Shown one piece after another: positions 10,263-21,546 of a DNA stretch of 64,000 nucleotides. Origin of the DNA: a bacterium (lineage in GTDB: Bacteria; Joyebacterota; Joyebacteria; Joyebacterales; Joyebacteraceae). Location: NCBI GenBank assembly GCA_029990205.1, contig JAPEKQ010000002.1, positions 96,845 through 160,844 on the forward strand, in the 5' to 3' direction. Position numbers and translations under genes: made by a program. The notes beneath the pieces were generated by a model, which was not told the origin of the DNA, made no database searches, and saw only the letters and a program-made list of their open reading frames with translations. How positions within the stretch are numbered: the first letter of the stretch is position 1; every line of letters begins with the position of its first letter.

Positions 10263-10598
10263 CTAGAGGGGTTCTACCGTAAGGACCATGCCCTCGACCG
10301 AGACAACGCGAACCCGGCTTCCCGCCGCTACGTCCACGGCTGCCTCGGCGTTCCAGTACTCGCTGTGCACGTAGACCTTGCCCGTCGGCGCGACGTCGGT
10401 GATCGCCAGCCCCTTCTCACCGACGATGCCGGCCTGACCGGTCACCACCCGCCGCGACTGCGCCATGATCCCCACGGGCACGGCCACGATGAAGAACACG
10501 ATGAGAAGCGCGATGGCCGGGAAGATGGCGCTCTCCCCAAGACCGAAGAGCCGGAGCAGCGCCACGAGCAGGTCGATCAGACTCGTGTACTCGCCCAT
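10263..10598 (-). CDS. NfeD-like membrane protein (stomatin operon partner)
   Basis: Two TM helices followed by a C-terminal OB-fold-like beta region (GKVYVHSEYWNAEAAVDVAAGSRVRVVSVEGMVLTVEP). This is the typical NfeD-stomatin gene pair. The start MGEYTS has SD AAGGGAGG; the track start at 10649 is probably upstream junk. Confidence 0.65.
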   Translation of the reverse strand: MGEYTSLIDLLVALLRLFGLGESAIFPAIALLIVFFIVAVPVGIMAQSRRVVTGQAGIVGEKGLAITDVAPTGKVYVHSEYWNAEAAVDVAAGSRVRVVSVEGMVLTVEPL

Positions 10599-10775
10599 GT
10601 CTGCCTCCCTTGACACCCCCATCCTGCGACAGGCGCGGCATACTGTCAATGGGTTTGCCGTGCCGCTTCACCGGGAGGAGTCTCCTGGTCACGCGCAGCC
10701 ACGGCACCGCAGCGCAAGCAAACGGGGGACCCGATGCGTCGGATCCCCCGTCGAATGCTGCTTGATCGTCCTGAA

Positions 10776-11060
10776 CTACTTCACGAAGTCCTTGAGCGAC
10801 TTGCCAGCCTTGAACTTCGGGTAGTAGTGAGCGCCGACGTGCTTGGTCTTGTCGGTGCCCGGGATCCGCCAGTCGCGGGCCGGACGATGATCGGCGCTGA
10901 AGGTACCGAAACCGGTGATCTGGATCTTGCCGTGAGCCTTGAGCTCGTCGGACAGCACACCACCACCGATGCCGAACAGAGCGTCGATGACGTCCTTCGC
11001 GGCGCGGTTGGAAAGACCGGTCTTGTCAGCCAGCTTCTCGATCAGCTCAGCCTTGTTCAT
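10776..11060 (-). CDS. hup: HU-family nucleoid-associated DNA-binding protein
   Basis: MNKAELIEKLADKTGLSNRAAKDVIDALF...ITGFGTF...PKFKAGKSLKDFV matches the HU/IHF fold, with a short insertion in the beta-arm. SD AAGGGGGAG. Confidence 0.8.
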   Translation of the reverse strand: MNKAELIEKLADKTGLSNRAAKDVIDALFGIGGGVLSDELKAHGKIQITGFGTFSADHRPARDWRIPGTDKTKHVGAHYYPKFKAGKSLKDFVK

Positions 11061-11319
11061 CTGCCACTCCCCCTTCGGCTACGGACCGGATACTCCGATC
11101 CGACCTTCGGCCCAGTGCTCCCACAAACCTCGATATCACAACACATCGAATGTGCGGACAAGCTACACCACGCCCCCAAATCTTGTCAATAGCAAAGCCC
11201 CTAGAAAGTGGGGCTTTCAGAGGGAGGGTTCACGCAGGGCGGGCATGTTCTCTATGGCGTTGTAGTGCCGGTATAAGTGCGGTCCGGAAGAAGGGATTCA
11301 GGACCCCCCGGAACAGGCC

Positions 11320-14300
11320 CTAGCGGACCGAGCGGCTGATGCTCTTCACGCCCGACTCCGCCTGTATGTCGGGCAGGGCCTTGACGTTAATACGGAAGTA
11401 GTACTGCCACTCCTCGTCGTAGTAGCGGCCCACGAACCGGGCCTCCCAGCAGTGCATGTCACGGTAGACGGCGTATTCCTGACTCGCGATCTCGGTTTCC
11501 GAGAGATCGTAGTGGAGGCTGTAGTTCACGCGCCAGTTCTCGGTCAGCGAGAGCGCAAGCTGCCCGTCGACCCAGTAGTTGGCCTCTCCCGGGTCCTCCC
11601 CACGCGAGTACCGGAAGGTCCCCGAGGCGCTCCACGGGCGTGATGTCGTGAGGTCCGCGGTCGAGCGCTCGGCCAGCTCGGCGCGAAGCTGGTCGGCCGG
11701 CGAGTGGCTCCCCTCGATGACCCGGTCCTCCCAGCTCAGATCGGACACGAGCGGCGGCCTCCCCGTCATGTTCATGCTCACGGTGATGTCCTGCCGCTCA
11801 AGATCCCAGTCGTAGGGATCGTGGGTGGTGTTGACGCGGACCGACGAGTTGTCGAACGGCTTGAGGTCGAGCCGCGAGACCAGGTTCGACCACGGTTCGT
11901 CATCTTCAGTGAAGTCGTGCGACGAGGTCATCGTGACGCTGAGGAAATCGTCCTTCTTGGTGACGGTCTCCCCGTCGCCCAACTTGAGCTGGAACTTGTT
12001 GATGAGCGAGAGCGACACGGACTGCCGCTCGCTCGGCGTGCTGCCGAACCCCGAGAAGCTGTAGAAGCGGTCAGTGTCGTCCTCATCGAAGTAGTCCGAG
12101 AACTCCGGGGTCCAGTTGTACGAGACCGATGGCTGGACGATGTGACGGACGCCCTCGAGCCCCGCGACACCGGGATAGAACGTGCCGTAGACCGTCGTAC
12201 CGGTCGAGACGCTCGCGTTGTAGGTGAATCTGGACGGGTACTCGTTGCCGTCCTTGTCGAGGTCGTACCAGTTCTGCTCGAGATTCACGCGGGGTGAGAG
12301 ATTCAGCCAGCCGAAGAGCTTCTCCGAGTAACGGACGGTCCCCTTGGCGCCGATGCCCTGGTGGATCTCGGTCCCGTCGTCCGATCGCTCGCGGTCGTTG
12401 ACACCTCGGGCGCTCCAGCTGTACGAGACCTTGGAGAGCCAGGACGCCAGTCCCGTCGCATCGTCGTCGGCGGTCACCAGCGGCTTCTGCGACGCGGACA
12501 CCTCGATCTTCGGCAGCAGCTCATCGATCGAACCCTCGTCGAGCTGCTCCTGCCGGTCGAGCGTGATGCCGGTCGAAAGACCGCTCCAGCTCCCGCGCAG
12601 CCAGAGCTGTGAGTGGAGGCTTCGGTTAACGCTCTCCTGGATCGACTGGTTCGCGTCGGTGGCGTAGGCCTGGTCGCTCCGGAAGTCCCCGGAGATACCG
12701 GCCGTCCACGTCCGTCCGAACTCCTGTCTGTGGTCGATCTGGAGGTCCCAGCGGCGCTTGTCGTAGAGAAGCTCCTGCATGAAGGAGGTCTGGACCGAAC
12801 CCGAGAGCTGATAGCGCACCTTGTACCGGGCCTCGAGGTTCGCGATCCACTGGGTCTGCTCGTAGTAGTCGAACCAGCCGGCGAGGTCCCAGTAGTCGCT
12901 CGGCGCCCAGTAGTAGCCGAAGTTCTTGACGAACCGACCGCTGCTGCCGGAGAACCCGACCTCGATCTGCGGGATGAGGAACCCCGAATGGCGGTCCTTC
13001 TTGATCGGGAAGACGTAGAACGGGAGCGCGAACACGGGAATCTCGCCGACATAGAGGACCACCGGCTTGGCGACGACCTTGTCGTCGAGATAGACCTTCA
13101 TGCGGCCCGCCTCAACACGATAGTGCGGCGTCGGCGCCCAGCAGGTCGTGTAGATGCCGCCCCACGCCCGGAGCGTGCCGTCCTCCTCACGAACGATCCG
13201 GTCACCGTAGTAGATTCCGTCCTCGAACCGCGTCACACCATCGATGACCGACCCGGCCCGTGCGTCCATGTCGTAGCCGAGCGCCTCACCGACGAGCCGT
13301 TCGTCCCTCTCCCGGAGATCGGGATTGCCCTCCGCTGTGAGAAGGTCCCTGTCCGGATCGAACTCCACGCGGTCGGCCGTGAGAACGGTCTCCTTGTACT
13401 CTGCGCTCGCTGAGCCGCTCAGGAGCATCCGGTTACGCGCGACGTAGTAGTCGAGCTGGTCGGCCGAGTACCCGACGCGCTCGAGCCGTACCGTGTCCGC
13501 GGCCGACGCGCTCACGTCGGCCTGGGCGACGGAGGACGGGTCCGCCGCCGCGAGGGTGTCGACGACCGCGAAGATGCTGTCGCCCAGCGACGCCTCGAAC
13601 TCGGGTGATTCGAGCACCGCGGCGTCATCGTCTGCGCCGCGCTCGTCGTCGTCGGGGCCGGCCGCCTGCTCCTCCGCGACCATCCAGTACTCGCCGGATG
13701 CGCCCTGCCGGAAGGTCGCGCGGCTGATGCGGCCATCGGTGAACCGGACGTCCACCTCGGGCGCCGAGACGGTGTTCCTCTCACCCTCGGTCCCGATAGC
13801 GTGCCCGCTCTCCGCGCTTCCCCGCACGGTCAGCAGATCCGGCTGCTCATCGGCGAAGAACAGGGTGAGCGTGTCTCCCAGAACATACCCGGACTCGGGC
13901 GGCTTGCCCTCCGAAGCTTCGAGTTCGTACGCGAGTCTGGCGTCCCCGGCCGAGACGAGTCGCGAGATCTGCTCGTCCTGCGCGTAGATGGTGATCTCGC
14001 GGCCGGAGAGCCGCTCGGTGGCGCGGTCCACGACCGGGTCTCCGGTCAGAAGGATGCTCTCCTCCGTCCCATCGATGAGGATAATGCGGCCGCTGCCGCG
14101 CACCTCGCCCCGTATGACGACGGCGTCACCGAGCGCGGTCACCGTGTCCTCCCTGGGTCGCAGTTCGATGACGCTTGCGGTGAGCACGGCGACGTCCGGG
14201 TCGGGCGTCGAGACCGTGTCCGGCGCGGCTGTCTCCCCCGCATCGATCGGGTCGACCGCATCGGGCGTATCGGACGGTTCCTCGACGAACCGTGTCTTGA

Positions 14301-15066
14301 GCACGGGGGCCTGTGACGCACGGGCCTCCCGCCTGCCGAAATCGTAGACGATCAAGCCCGCCGTGAGGTCCGAGCCGCTCTCCTCGTCGACCGCACGCGC
14401 GTTCCCGCGCGCCACGGCGATGTCATCTCTCCGGTGGATCTCGATCCGGGAGGCGGTGAGCACGCTGGCCGAATCCGCGAACGAGGCGTTCCCGGTGAGG
14501 ATCGCGAGGTCCTGCGCGCGGAAGTACTCGAGGACGTCGCACGCGATCTGCGATCCCCGGTCCTCGCCGTGCACGTTCCCACGGATGATCGCGATCTGGT
14601 CCTCTTCCCAGTAGATACCGTTGTCGCCGACGAGCGTGGCGCCGTCCTTCGTGATGGTCACGTTCCGGTCGAATCGCAGCCACCGGCGCCCATCGTCCTC
14701 GCCCGATTCCACCTGCTCGGCCGTGATGAGGAACCCGTCTCCCGACGCGGCCGCCGACTGCATCACGGGGTCCGTGATCTCCGGAACGGAGACCGGACCG
14801 GTGTCCCGACGCGGGTCGTACGAAACAGGCGCGCCGGTTCCGCTGACGCCCCCTGCGGCTCGGTCGGTGTCGGTGTCGGCCGATGCCGCGGTCGTGTCGC
14901 TCGTCGCGGCGGCCTCATCCGACTCATCCGGAGGCACATCGGGGATGTACCCCGTCCTGACCTCCTCGGCGGGACGCTGAGGCATGTCCGGGATCTGTCC
15001 GAAGGCAACCGACGCCGGGACGGCGGCGATGAGAAGCACAAGGAATGTCAGGCGTATGCTCTGCAT
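11320..15066 (-). CDS. lptD: LPS-assembly outer-membrane protein LptD/OstA family (unusually long, 1248 aa)
   Basis: A signal peptide (MQSIRLTFLVLLIAAVPASVAFGQ) is followed by repeated OstA-like N-terminal beta-jellyroll segments (LLTGNASFAD..., ILLTGDPVV..., LLSGSASAEYKETVLTADRVEF...) interspersed with acidic low-complexity linkers. The C-terminal ~650 aa form an LptD-type beta-barrel (FLIPQIEVGFSGSSGRF...GYYWAPSDYWD...). Confidence 0.75.
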   Translation of the reverse strand: MQSIRLTFLVLLIAAVPASVAFGQIPDMPQRPAEEVRTGYIPDVPPDESDEAAATSDTTAASADTDTDRAAGGVSGTGAPVSYDPRRDTGPVSVPEITDPVMQSAAASGDGFLITAEQVESGEDDGRRWLRFDRNVTITKDGATLVGDNGIYWEEDQIAIIRGNVHGEDRGSQIACDVLEYFRAQDLAILTGNASFADSASVLTASRIEIHRRDDIAVARGNARAVDEESGSDLTAGLIVYDFGRREARASQAPVLKTRFVEEPSDTPDAVDPIDAGETAAPDTVSTPDPDVAVLTASVIELRPREDTVTALGDAVVIRGEVRGSGRIILIDGTEESILLTGDPVVDRATERLSGREITIYAQDEQISRLVSAGDARLAYELEASEGKPPESGYVLGDTLTLFFADEQPDLLTVRGSAESGHAIGTEGERNTVSAPEVDVRFTDGRISRATFRQGASGEYWMVAEEQAAGPDDDERGADDDAAVLESPEFEASLGDSIFAVVDTLAAADPSSVAQADVSASAADTVRLERVGYSADQLDYYVARNRMLLSGSASAEYKETVLTADRVEFDPDRDLLTAEGNPDLRERDERLVGEALGYDMDARAGSVIDGVTRFEDGIYYGDRIVREEDGTLRAWGGIYTTCWAPTPHYRVEAGRMKVYLDDKVVAKPVVLYVGEIPVFALPFYVFPIKKDRHSGFLIPQIEVGFSGSSGRFVKNFGYYWAPSDYWDLAGWFDYYEQTQWIANLEARYKVRYQLSGSVQTSFMQELLYDKRRWDLQIDHRQEFGRTWTAGISGDFRSDQAYATDANQSIQESVNRSLHSQLWLRGSWSGLSTGITLDRQEQLDEGSIDELLPKIEVSASQKPLVTADDDATGLASWLSKVSYSWSARGVNDRERSDDGTEIHQGIGAKGTVRYSEKLFGWLNLSPRVNLEQNWYDLDKDGNEYPSRFTYNASVSTGTTVYGTFYPGVAGLEGVRHIVQPSVSYNWTPEFSDYFDEDDTDRFYSFSGFGSTPSERQSVSLSLINKFQLKLGDGETVTKKDDFLSVTMTSSHDFTEDDEPWSNLVSRLDLKPFDNSSVRVNTTHDPYDWDLERQDITVSMNMTGRPPLVSDLSWEDRVIEGSHSPADQLRAELAERSTADLTTSRPWSASGTFRYSRGEDPGEANYWVDGQLALSLTENWRVNYSLHYDLSETEIASQEYAVYRDMHCWEARFVGRYYDEEWQYYFRINVKALPDIQAESGVKSISRSVR

Positions 15067-15132
15067 GTGGACCGTGGGTCCTCGTGAGGTTGCGGGAGCG
15101 AGTGCGCGCGAGGCGCGCGCTGGCGGACCGGG

Positions 15133-16074
15133 CTACGGACGCGCGGATGCGGCCAGGAGCGCTGCGCCGACGACGCCGGCCTTGCGACCGAGTTCGGCCA
15201 TCACGATGCGGGTGGCCATGCCCTGGTAGATGGAGGTCCGCGCCGCGAACTCCCCGCGCGCGGTGTCCATCAGACTCGACCCGGCTGCGGCGACGCCGCC
15301 GCCGATGACGATGACATCCGGATCGAGGTAGGCGACGATGTTGGACAGGAGCACGCCGAGGGTGCGGCCGACATCGGCGGTGACGCTCCGGGCCAGCTGG
15401 TCGCCCGCGGCCGCGGCCTCACCGACGGCGCGTGCTGTGAGCGGCCCCGCGAGTTCCGCGAGCGCCGACTCCGCGCCTTCGTCCATCCGCTGCTTCGTCT
15501 GCACGACGAGCGACGCCGCGTTGACGAGCGGTTCGACACATCCGGTCGAGCCGCATCCGCATTGCACCCCGCCTGTCAGATCGATGACCGAGTGCCCGAT
15601 CTCGGCGGCGAATCCGTGGCTGCCGCGGTAGATGGAACCGCCCAGGACGATCCCGCCGCCGATGCCGGTGCCGATCGTGACCATGACGGCATTCGTAGCG
15701 CCCCGCGCCGCGCCTGCGGCGTACTCGCCGTAGGCGGCCGCGTTCGCGTCGTTCTCGAGAAGGACGGGAACGCCGAGCCGTCCGGCGAGCTCTTCGGCAA
15801 GTCTGACGTCGTGCCACTGTGGAAGATTCGGAGAGCGATGGACAACGCCGGCCTCGTGATCGACGAGGCCCGCACATCCACACCCGCAGATATCGAAGGA
15901 AAGCCCTGAGGAACTCCCGACCTCGGCGGCGAGACGCTCGACGGTCTCGAGGGCGTCGATCACGGCGCCGCCAGACCACGCGCTTGTCTCGAATGCGGCG
16001 ACGCGGCCGTCCTCGTGGACGACCGCCGCCTTGATGTTCGTTCCGCCGATGTCGATACCGAGACTGGTTGACAC
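15133..16074 (-). CDS. ROK-family sugar kinase (glucokinase-like)
   Basis: LGIDIGGTNIKAAVV...LENDANAAAYGE...GTGIGGGIV...HGFAAEIGHSVIDLTGGVQCGCGSTGCVE carries the ROK signature with Zn-binding cysteines. Confidence 0.75.
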   Translation of the reverse strand: MSTSLGIDIGGTNIKAAVVHEDGRVAAFETSAWSGGAVIDALETVERLAAEVGSSSGLSFDICGCGCAGLVDHEAGVVHRSPNLPQWHDVRLAEELAGRLGVPVLLENDANAAAYGEYAAGAARGATNAVMVTIGTGIGGGIVLGGSIYRGSHGFAAEIGHSVIDLTGGVQCGCGSTGCVEPLVNAASLVVQTKQRMDEGAESALAELAGPLTARAVGEAAAAGDQLARSVTADVGRTLGVLLSNIVAYLDPDVIVIGGGVAAAGSSLMDTARGEFAARTSIYQGMATRIVMAELGRKAGVVGAALLAASARP

Positions 16075-16077
16075 GCG

Positions 16078-17196
<1,119 letters not shown>

Positions 17197-17215
17197 CTAC
17201 GCCTCCCGGGCTCGC

Positions 17216-18562
17216 TCAGCCTTCGGAAGCCTCTCCGAAGCCGAGGCTCTTCATGATATCGCCTACAGTGTAGTGGGAACCGGTGATCAAGACAAGGTCT
17301 CCTTCGGCGGCGTCCGACACCGCCCGGGCGATCGCGGCGCCCGGCGAGGGGACGGCCACGGCCTCGACGTTGTGCTCCCGGGCCACCAGCGCAAGATCCT
17401 CCGCGCGGGCCGCCCTGGGGGTTCCCGGCTCCGTCAGAACGAACTGATCCGTCACATCGGCCAGAGCCCCTATGAACCCGGTTACGTCCTTGTCGGCCAT
17501 GAGCCCGAGAACGACGATCAGCCGGTCGTACTCGAATACCTCATCCAGAGCCGCCGCGAGCGAGTGGGCGGCCTCGGTGTTGTGAGCCACATCGACCAGC
17601 ACGGTCGGACGCCGGTCGAGGATCTGGAGCCTCCCGGTCGACATCGCCTCGGAGAGCCCGCTGCGGAGCCCCGGCTCGGTCAGCGTGAACAGCCCCTCCC
17701 GCGAGAGTTCGTGAACGGCGACGACGGCGTTGACCGCGTTGCTGACCTGGTGCCTCCCGAGCATCGACGTGCTCAGGTTGCGGTAGGCGTACTCGCCGTA
17801 CTCGAAGTTGAAGATGCTGCCGGTCGAGACGATCGAGACGCGTGTGAGTTCGGACTCCTCGCGAGTCGCGATGAACCGCGCCTCGAGCGCCGACGCCACG
17901 CCGCGGATGATCTCGAGCGCGTCACCCGTCGCGCCGCAGACGACCACGCCCTCGGGGCGGATGATCCCCGCCTTCTCCGACGCGATACGCCTCACGTCGT
18001 TGCCGAGCACCTCGACGTGGTCGAGCGCGATCCCCGTGATGACGGAGAGCATCGAATCGAGCGCGTTGGTGGCGTCGAGGCGGCCGCCGAGCCCGACCTC
18101 CGCGACGGCCACGTCCACCTTCTCATCTGAGAAGTAGAGCGCGGCGATCGCCGTGGCGATCTCGAAGAAGGTCGCGCCGATGTCGTCGGACGCGGGCTTC
18201 AGACGCTCGACGTAGTCGAGCACCCGGTCCCGCGCGATGCGCGCACCGTCGATGACGTACCGTTCCGTGAAATCCATGACGTGAGGCGACGTGAAGAGTC
18301 CCGTCCGGAGCCCGTGCTCCGAAAGGATGGACGCGATCAGATTGGACGTGGAGCCCTTGCCGTTGGTCCCGGCGACGTGGACGACGCGGAAGTCGTGATG
18401 GGGGTTCCCGACCGAGCCGAGCAGGTACTCCACCCGCTCGAGGCCGGGCTTCATAACGAAGCGGTGGCGTGCGAAGAGCCACTCCAGGCAGTCGCGGTAG
18501 TCCCTAAAGGCCCTGCCGTCGCGCCTGTCCAAGCGTGTCCTCCGCCTTGTCGCGCCCGTCAT
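17216..18562 (-). CDS. folC: Bifunctional folylpolyglutamate synthase / dihydrofolate synthase
   Basis: Mur-ligase family motifs VAGTNGKGST and the FolC-specific N-terminus (...LEWLFARHRF..GLERV). It sits in the accD-folC arrangement seen in E. coli. Confidence 0.85.
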   Translation of the reverse strand: MTGATRRRTRLDRRDGRAFRDYRDCLEWLFARHRFVMKPGLERVEYLLGSVGNPHHDFRVVHVAGTNGKGSTSNLIASILSEHGLRTGLFTSPHVMDFTERYVIDGARIARDRVLDYVERLKPASDDIGATFFEIATAIAALYFSDEKVDVAVAEVGLGGRLDATNALDSMLSVITGIALDHVEVLGNDVRRIASEKAGIIRPEGVVVCGATGDALEIIRGVASALEARFIATREESELTRVSIVSTGSIFNFEYGEYAYRNLSTSMLGRHQVSNAVNAVVAVHELSREGLFTLTEPGLRSGLSEAMSTGRLQILDRRPTVLVDVAHNTEAAHSLAAALDEVFEYDRLIVVLGLMADKDVTGFIGALADVTDQFVLTEPGTPRAARAEDLALVAREHNVEAVAVPSPGAAIARAVSDAAEGDLVLITGSHYTVGDIMKSLGFGEASEG

Positions 18563-19406
18563 CGGTGAAGAAATCCAGGAGCTTCGCGAGCGCGCTCTTC
18601 AGCTCCTTGCGGTGCACGACGTGGTCGACCATGCCGTGCTCGAGGAGAAACTCCGAGGTCTGGAACCCCTCCGGGAGATCCTGCTTGATGGTCTGCTGGA
18701 TGACTCGCGGTCCCGCGAACCCGATCAGCGCCCCGGGCTCGGCCAGAATGACGTCGCCCAGCGAAGCGAAGCTGGCCGTCACGCCGCCGGTCGTCGGATG
18801 CGCCTGGATGGCGATGTGCGGAAGACCCTCGTCACGGAGCTTCGCGAGCATGGCGCTCGTCTTCGCCATCTGCATCAGCGAGAGGATGCCCTCCTGCATG
18901 CGGGCTCCGCCCGAGCTGGCGAGCGTCACGAGCGGCACGCGCTCCTCGATGGCCATACGGGTCAGGCGCGCGATCTTCTCCCCCATCACCGAGCCCATGC
19001 TCCCGCCCATGAAGGAGAAGTCGAGGACGGCGACCATGGCGAGATGCCCTTCGAGGCGCCCGCTCCCGGTGATCACGGCCGAGCTGTGCCCCGTCTTCTT
19101 CCTGGCGGCCGTGATTCGCTCCGAGTAGCGCTTCGAGTCCACGAACCCGAGCGGATCGGTCGATTCGAGACCCGTCAGAAGTTCGACGAACGACCCCTCG
19201 TCGATGAGGATCTCGACGTACTGGTCGCCCGAGATGCGGAAGTGATGACCGCACGACGGGCAGGTCCAGAGGTGCTTCTCGAGTTCCTTGTGATAGATGA
19301 TCTCGCCGCAGCCATCACACTTCTTCCAGAGTCCGTCCGGTACATCGCGCTTGGACGACTCCTTGATGCCCTGCCTGCGGCGCTTCAGCCACGAAGTCTC
19401 ATTCAT
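18504..19406 (-). CDS. accD: Acetyl-CoA carboxylase carboxyltransferase beta subunit
   Basis: Zn-ribbon CDGCGEIIYHKELEKHLWTCPSCGHH followed by a crotonase-fold CT domain (FSFMGGSMGSVMGEKI...). The start MNETSWLKRRRQ at 19406 has SD GGGAGA. The 3' end overlaps the folC start by about 59 nt. Confidence 0.85.
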   Translation of the reverse strand: MNETSWLKRRRQGIKESSKRDVPDGLWKKCDGCGEIIYHKELEKHLWTCPSCGHHFRISGDQYVEILIDEGSFVELLTGLESTDPLGFVDSKRYSERITAARKKTGHSSAVITGSGRLEGHLAMVAVLDFSFMGGSMGSVMGEKIARLTRMAIEERVPLVTLASSGGARMQEGILSLMQMAKTSAMLAKLRDEGLPHIAIQAHPTTGGVTASFASLGDVILAEPGALIGFAGPRVIQQTIKQDLPEGFQTSEFLLEHGMVDHVVHRKELKSALAKLLDFFTDDGRDKAEDTLGQARRQGL

Positions 19407-19476
19407 GCCGGTCTCCCGGTGTGAGATGGTGTCGTGCGGGCGATCGGGTGTCGCACGTGCGCTCATCATGGCACGA

Positions 19477-20307
19477 TTAGAGGCGCTCGGCAACCCCTGA
19501 GACCAGGCTCAGAAGGGCCTGTCCGCCGAGCCGCCCCGCGTCGAGGACCTCGCGGTGCGTGGTAGGCCCCGGCCCGCCGGGGATGTTGGTGATCAGGGCG
19601 ACACCGAGCGAGTCGAGCCCGAGAGCGGTCGCCGTCTGGATCTCGATGACCGTCGACATGCCGATGGCCGATGCGCCGATGCGGCGGAGCATCCGGATCT
19701 CGGCGGGGGTCTCGTAGGTCGGTCCGAGCGCGCCGGCGTAGACGCCGCGGCGGAGCTGGATGCGGCGCTCGCGCGCGACCTCTGTGGCAAGCTCCCGCAG
19801 GCGAGGCGTGTAGGCGTCCGCCATCCGGAACGGAAGCGCCGGGAGACGACGGGGACCCGTGACGAGCGCGAGCTGGTCGGTGATCAGCATCAGCTCGCCC
19901 GCGTTGAAATCCGGGTCGAGTCCACCCGAGGCGTTGGTCACAACGAACGTATCGACTCCGAGGGCGGCCATCAACCTGACGGTGAACGTGACCTCGAACG
20001 GCTCATATCCCTCGTAGAGATGGACGCGTCCCGCGAAGACGAGCGCGCGGTGCCCGCCGATGTCCGCCACGAGAAGCGTTCCGCTGTGCCCGGAGACGGT
20101 GGAACGCGGGAACCCGGGGATCTTGTCGTACGACCACGAGTCGAGAACGTCGATGCCGCCGGTGAACGACGTGAGTCCGGAACCGAGCACGATGCCCAGC
20201 TTCGGATCACCCGCGCCGTTCTTCCGAAGCCACGCCGCTGCCCGGCTGAGCCTCTTCTCCTCGGCCGGCGTCGTTCTGAGTTCACCCCGTTCGCGCTCTG
20301 CCGTCAT
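19477..20307 (-). CDS. Purine nucleoside phosphorylase (PNP/MTAP family, PNP_UDP_1 fold)
   Basis: GIVLGSGL...GTLLVADIGGHRALVFAGRVHLYEGY...ITNASGGL...GPTYETPAEIRMLRRIGASAIGMSTVIE matches the family. The ATG at 20307 (MTAERE) overlaps the rimI stop (ATGA). The ORF track's first 137 aa are an Arg-rich artefact. Confidence 0.8.
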   Translation of the reverse strand: MTAERERGELRTTPAEEKRLSRAAAWLRKNGAGDPKLGIVLGSGLTSFTGGIDVLDSWSYDKIPGFPRSTVSGHSGTLLVADIGGHRALVFAGRVHLYEGYEPFEVTFTVRLMAALGVDTFVVTNASGGLDPDFNAGELMLITDQLALVTGPRRLPALPFRMADAYTPRLRELATEVARERRIQLRRGVYAGALGPTYETPAEIRMLRRIGASAIGMSTVIEIQTATALGLDSLGVALITNIPGGPGPTTHREVLDAGRLGGQALLSLVSGVAERL

Positions 20308-20744
20308 GCGCCATCGTCTCCTCTGAGGTCGGCGAGCATCACAACCGCATCCTCGCCGTTGTCGGCGTAGTATCCCTTGCGCACCGCGACGGGCCGGAAC
20401 CCGTGCCGCTCGTAGAGCGCTATCGCCCGCGCGTTCGACGCCCGAACCTCGAGCGTCGCGATGGCCGCTCCGCCGTCGACGGCCTCCTCGAGAGCGGTCC
20501 GGAGCAGCTCGGTGCCGACCCCCCGGTCCCAGCACCCGGCCGCGACGGCGAGATTGCCGATGTGGAGTTCGTCGGCGACGGGCCAGGAGATGAGAAACCC
20601 GAGGATCTCGCCGCGCTCCTCCGCCACCAGGCAGAGCGAGCGGTGACCCTTGTCGATGTCGCTCGCGAACGACTCGCGCGGCCACGGAGCGGGAAAAGTC
20701 TCCTCCTCGATTCCGCACACGCCGTCAAGGTCGCCGTGTGTCAT
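20304..20744 (-). CDS. rimI: GNAT N-acetyltransferase, ribosomal-protein-alanine acetyltransferase-like
   Basis: GNAT motif A (LAVAAGCWDRGVGTELLRTALEEA) is present, in the classic tsaE-tsaB-rimI arrangement. The start is probably MTHGDLDGV. Confidence 0.7.
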   Translation of the reverse strand: MTHGDLDGVCGIEEETFPAPWPRESFASDIDKGHRSLCLVAEERGEILGFLISWPVADELHIGNLAVAAGCWDRGVGTELLRTALEEAVDGGAAIATLEVRASNARAIALYERHGFRPVAVRKGYYADNGEDAVVMLADLRGDDGA

Positions 20745-20782
20745 GTTCCGTATGCGGACGTTTCTCCGCCCCACGCTGCCTC

Positions 20783-21517
20783 CTACCCCACCGCCCCGCG
20801 AATGTATATGGGCTCGAGCGCGCCCGCGTCGGCCGCGCCGGCGACCCCCGACCGCTCCGCAAGCTCCGCAAGCACGAGCGTCGTGCGTGCTTCCGGACCA
20901 TGCGCTGCGAACGACGCGGACGGCCCGACCGCGCCGACGATGTCATCACGATAGGCCGCGGCACCCGTGCCGCCGAAGAGAACGCGCTCGCCGCCCGCCT
21001 GCTCCACGGCCCACCGGGCCGCCTCGCCCGGCGGGAGCGCGGTGTCGTCGGTCGCCCGCCGCAGCGATCCGTCTCCGGCGCGCTCGAAGAGCGCCCCGTA
21101 GACCTCGCCGCGCCGCGCGTCGGTGGCCGCGAAGATCCACCGGACTTCGCCGGCGGTATCGGTCGCGTCGTCCGCGACGCCCGCGTCTCCCTCGTCCGTT
21201 CCCGACGCGAGTGCGTTGGCGAGCGCCTCCAGCGCGGAGATGCCCCAGACCGGACGTCCACCGGTCGCCGCGAGCCCCTTCGCGGTCGCGAGACCCACGC
21301 GGAGCCCGCTGAACCGCCCCGGACCGATGGAGACCGCGATGCCGTCCAGATCCGTGAGTTCGGTCCCAGAATCCGCCAACACCTCATCGACGGCCGCGAG
21401 CACCGTCTTCGACTGGCCTCGTCCCGCCGGGGTGGCGGTCGATGCCAGCACGTGTCCGGCGTCCACGACGCCGACGAACTCGGTCTGGCCCGATGTGTCG
21501 ATGGTCAGGATGCGCAC
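20783..21517 (-). CDS. tsaB: tRNA threonylcarbamoyladenosine biosynthesis protein TsaB (YeaZ-like)
   Basis: MRILTIDTSGQTEFVGVVD...GIAVSIGPGRFSGLRVGLATAKGLA matches the inactive Kae1/YgjD paralog fold. Confidence 0.75.
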   Translation of the reverse strand: MRILTIDTSGQTEFVGVVDAGHVLASTATPAGRGQSKTVLAAVDEVLADSGTELTDLDGIAVSIGPGRFSGLRVGLATAKGLAATGGRPVWGISALEALANALASGTDEGDAGVADDATDTAGEVRWIFAATDARRGEVYGALFERAGDGSLRRATDDTALPPGEAARWAVEQAGGERVLFGGTGAAAYRDDIVGAVGPSASFAAHGPEARTTLVLAELAERSGVAGAADAGALEPIYIRGAVG

Positions 21518-21546
21518 GTCCCGACTCCTTCAGATACTCGTCTGCA

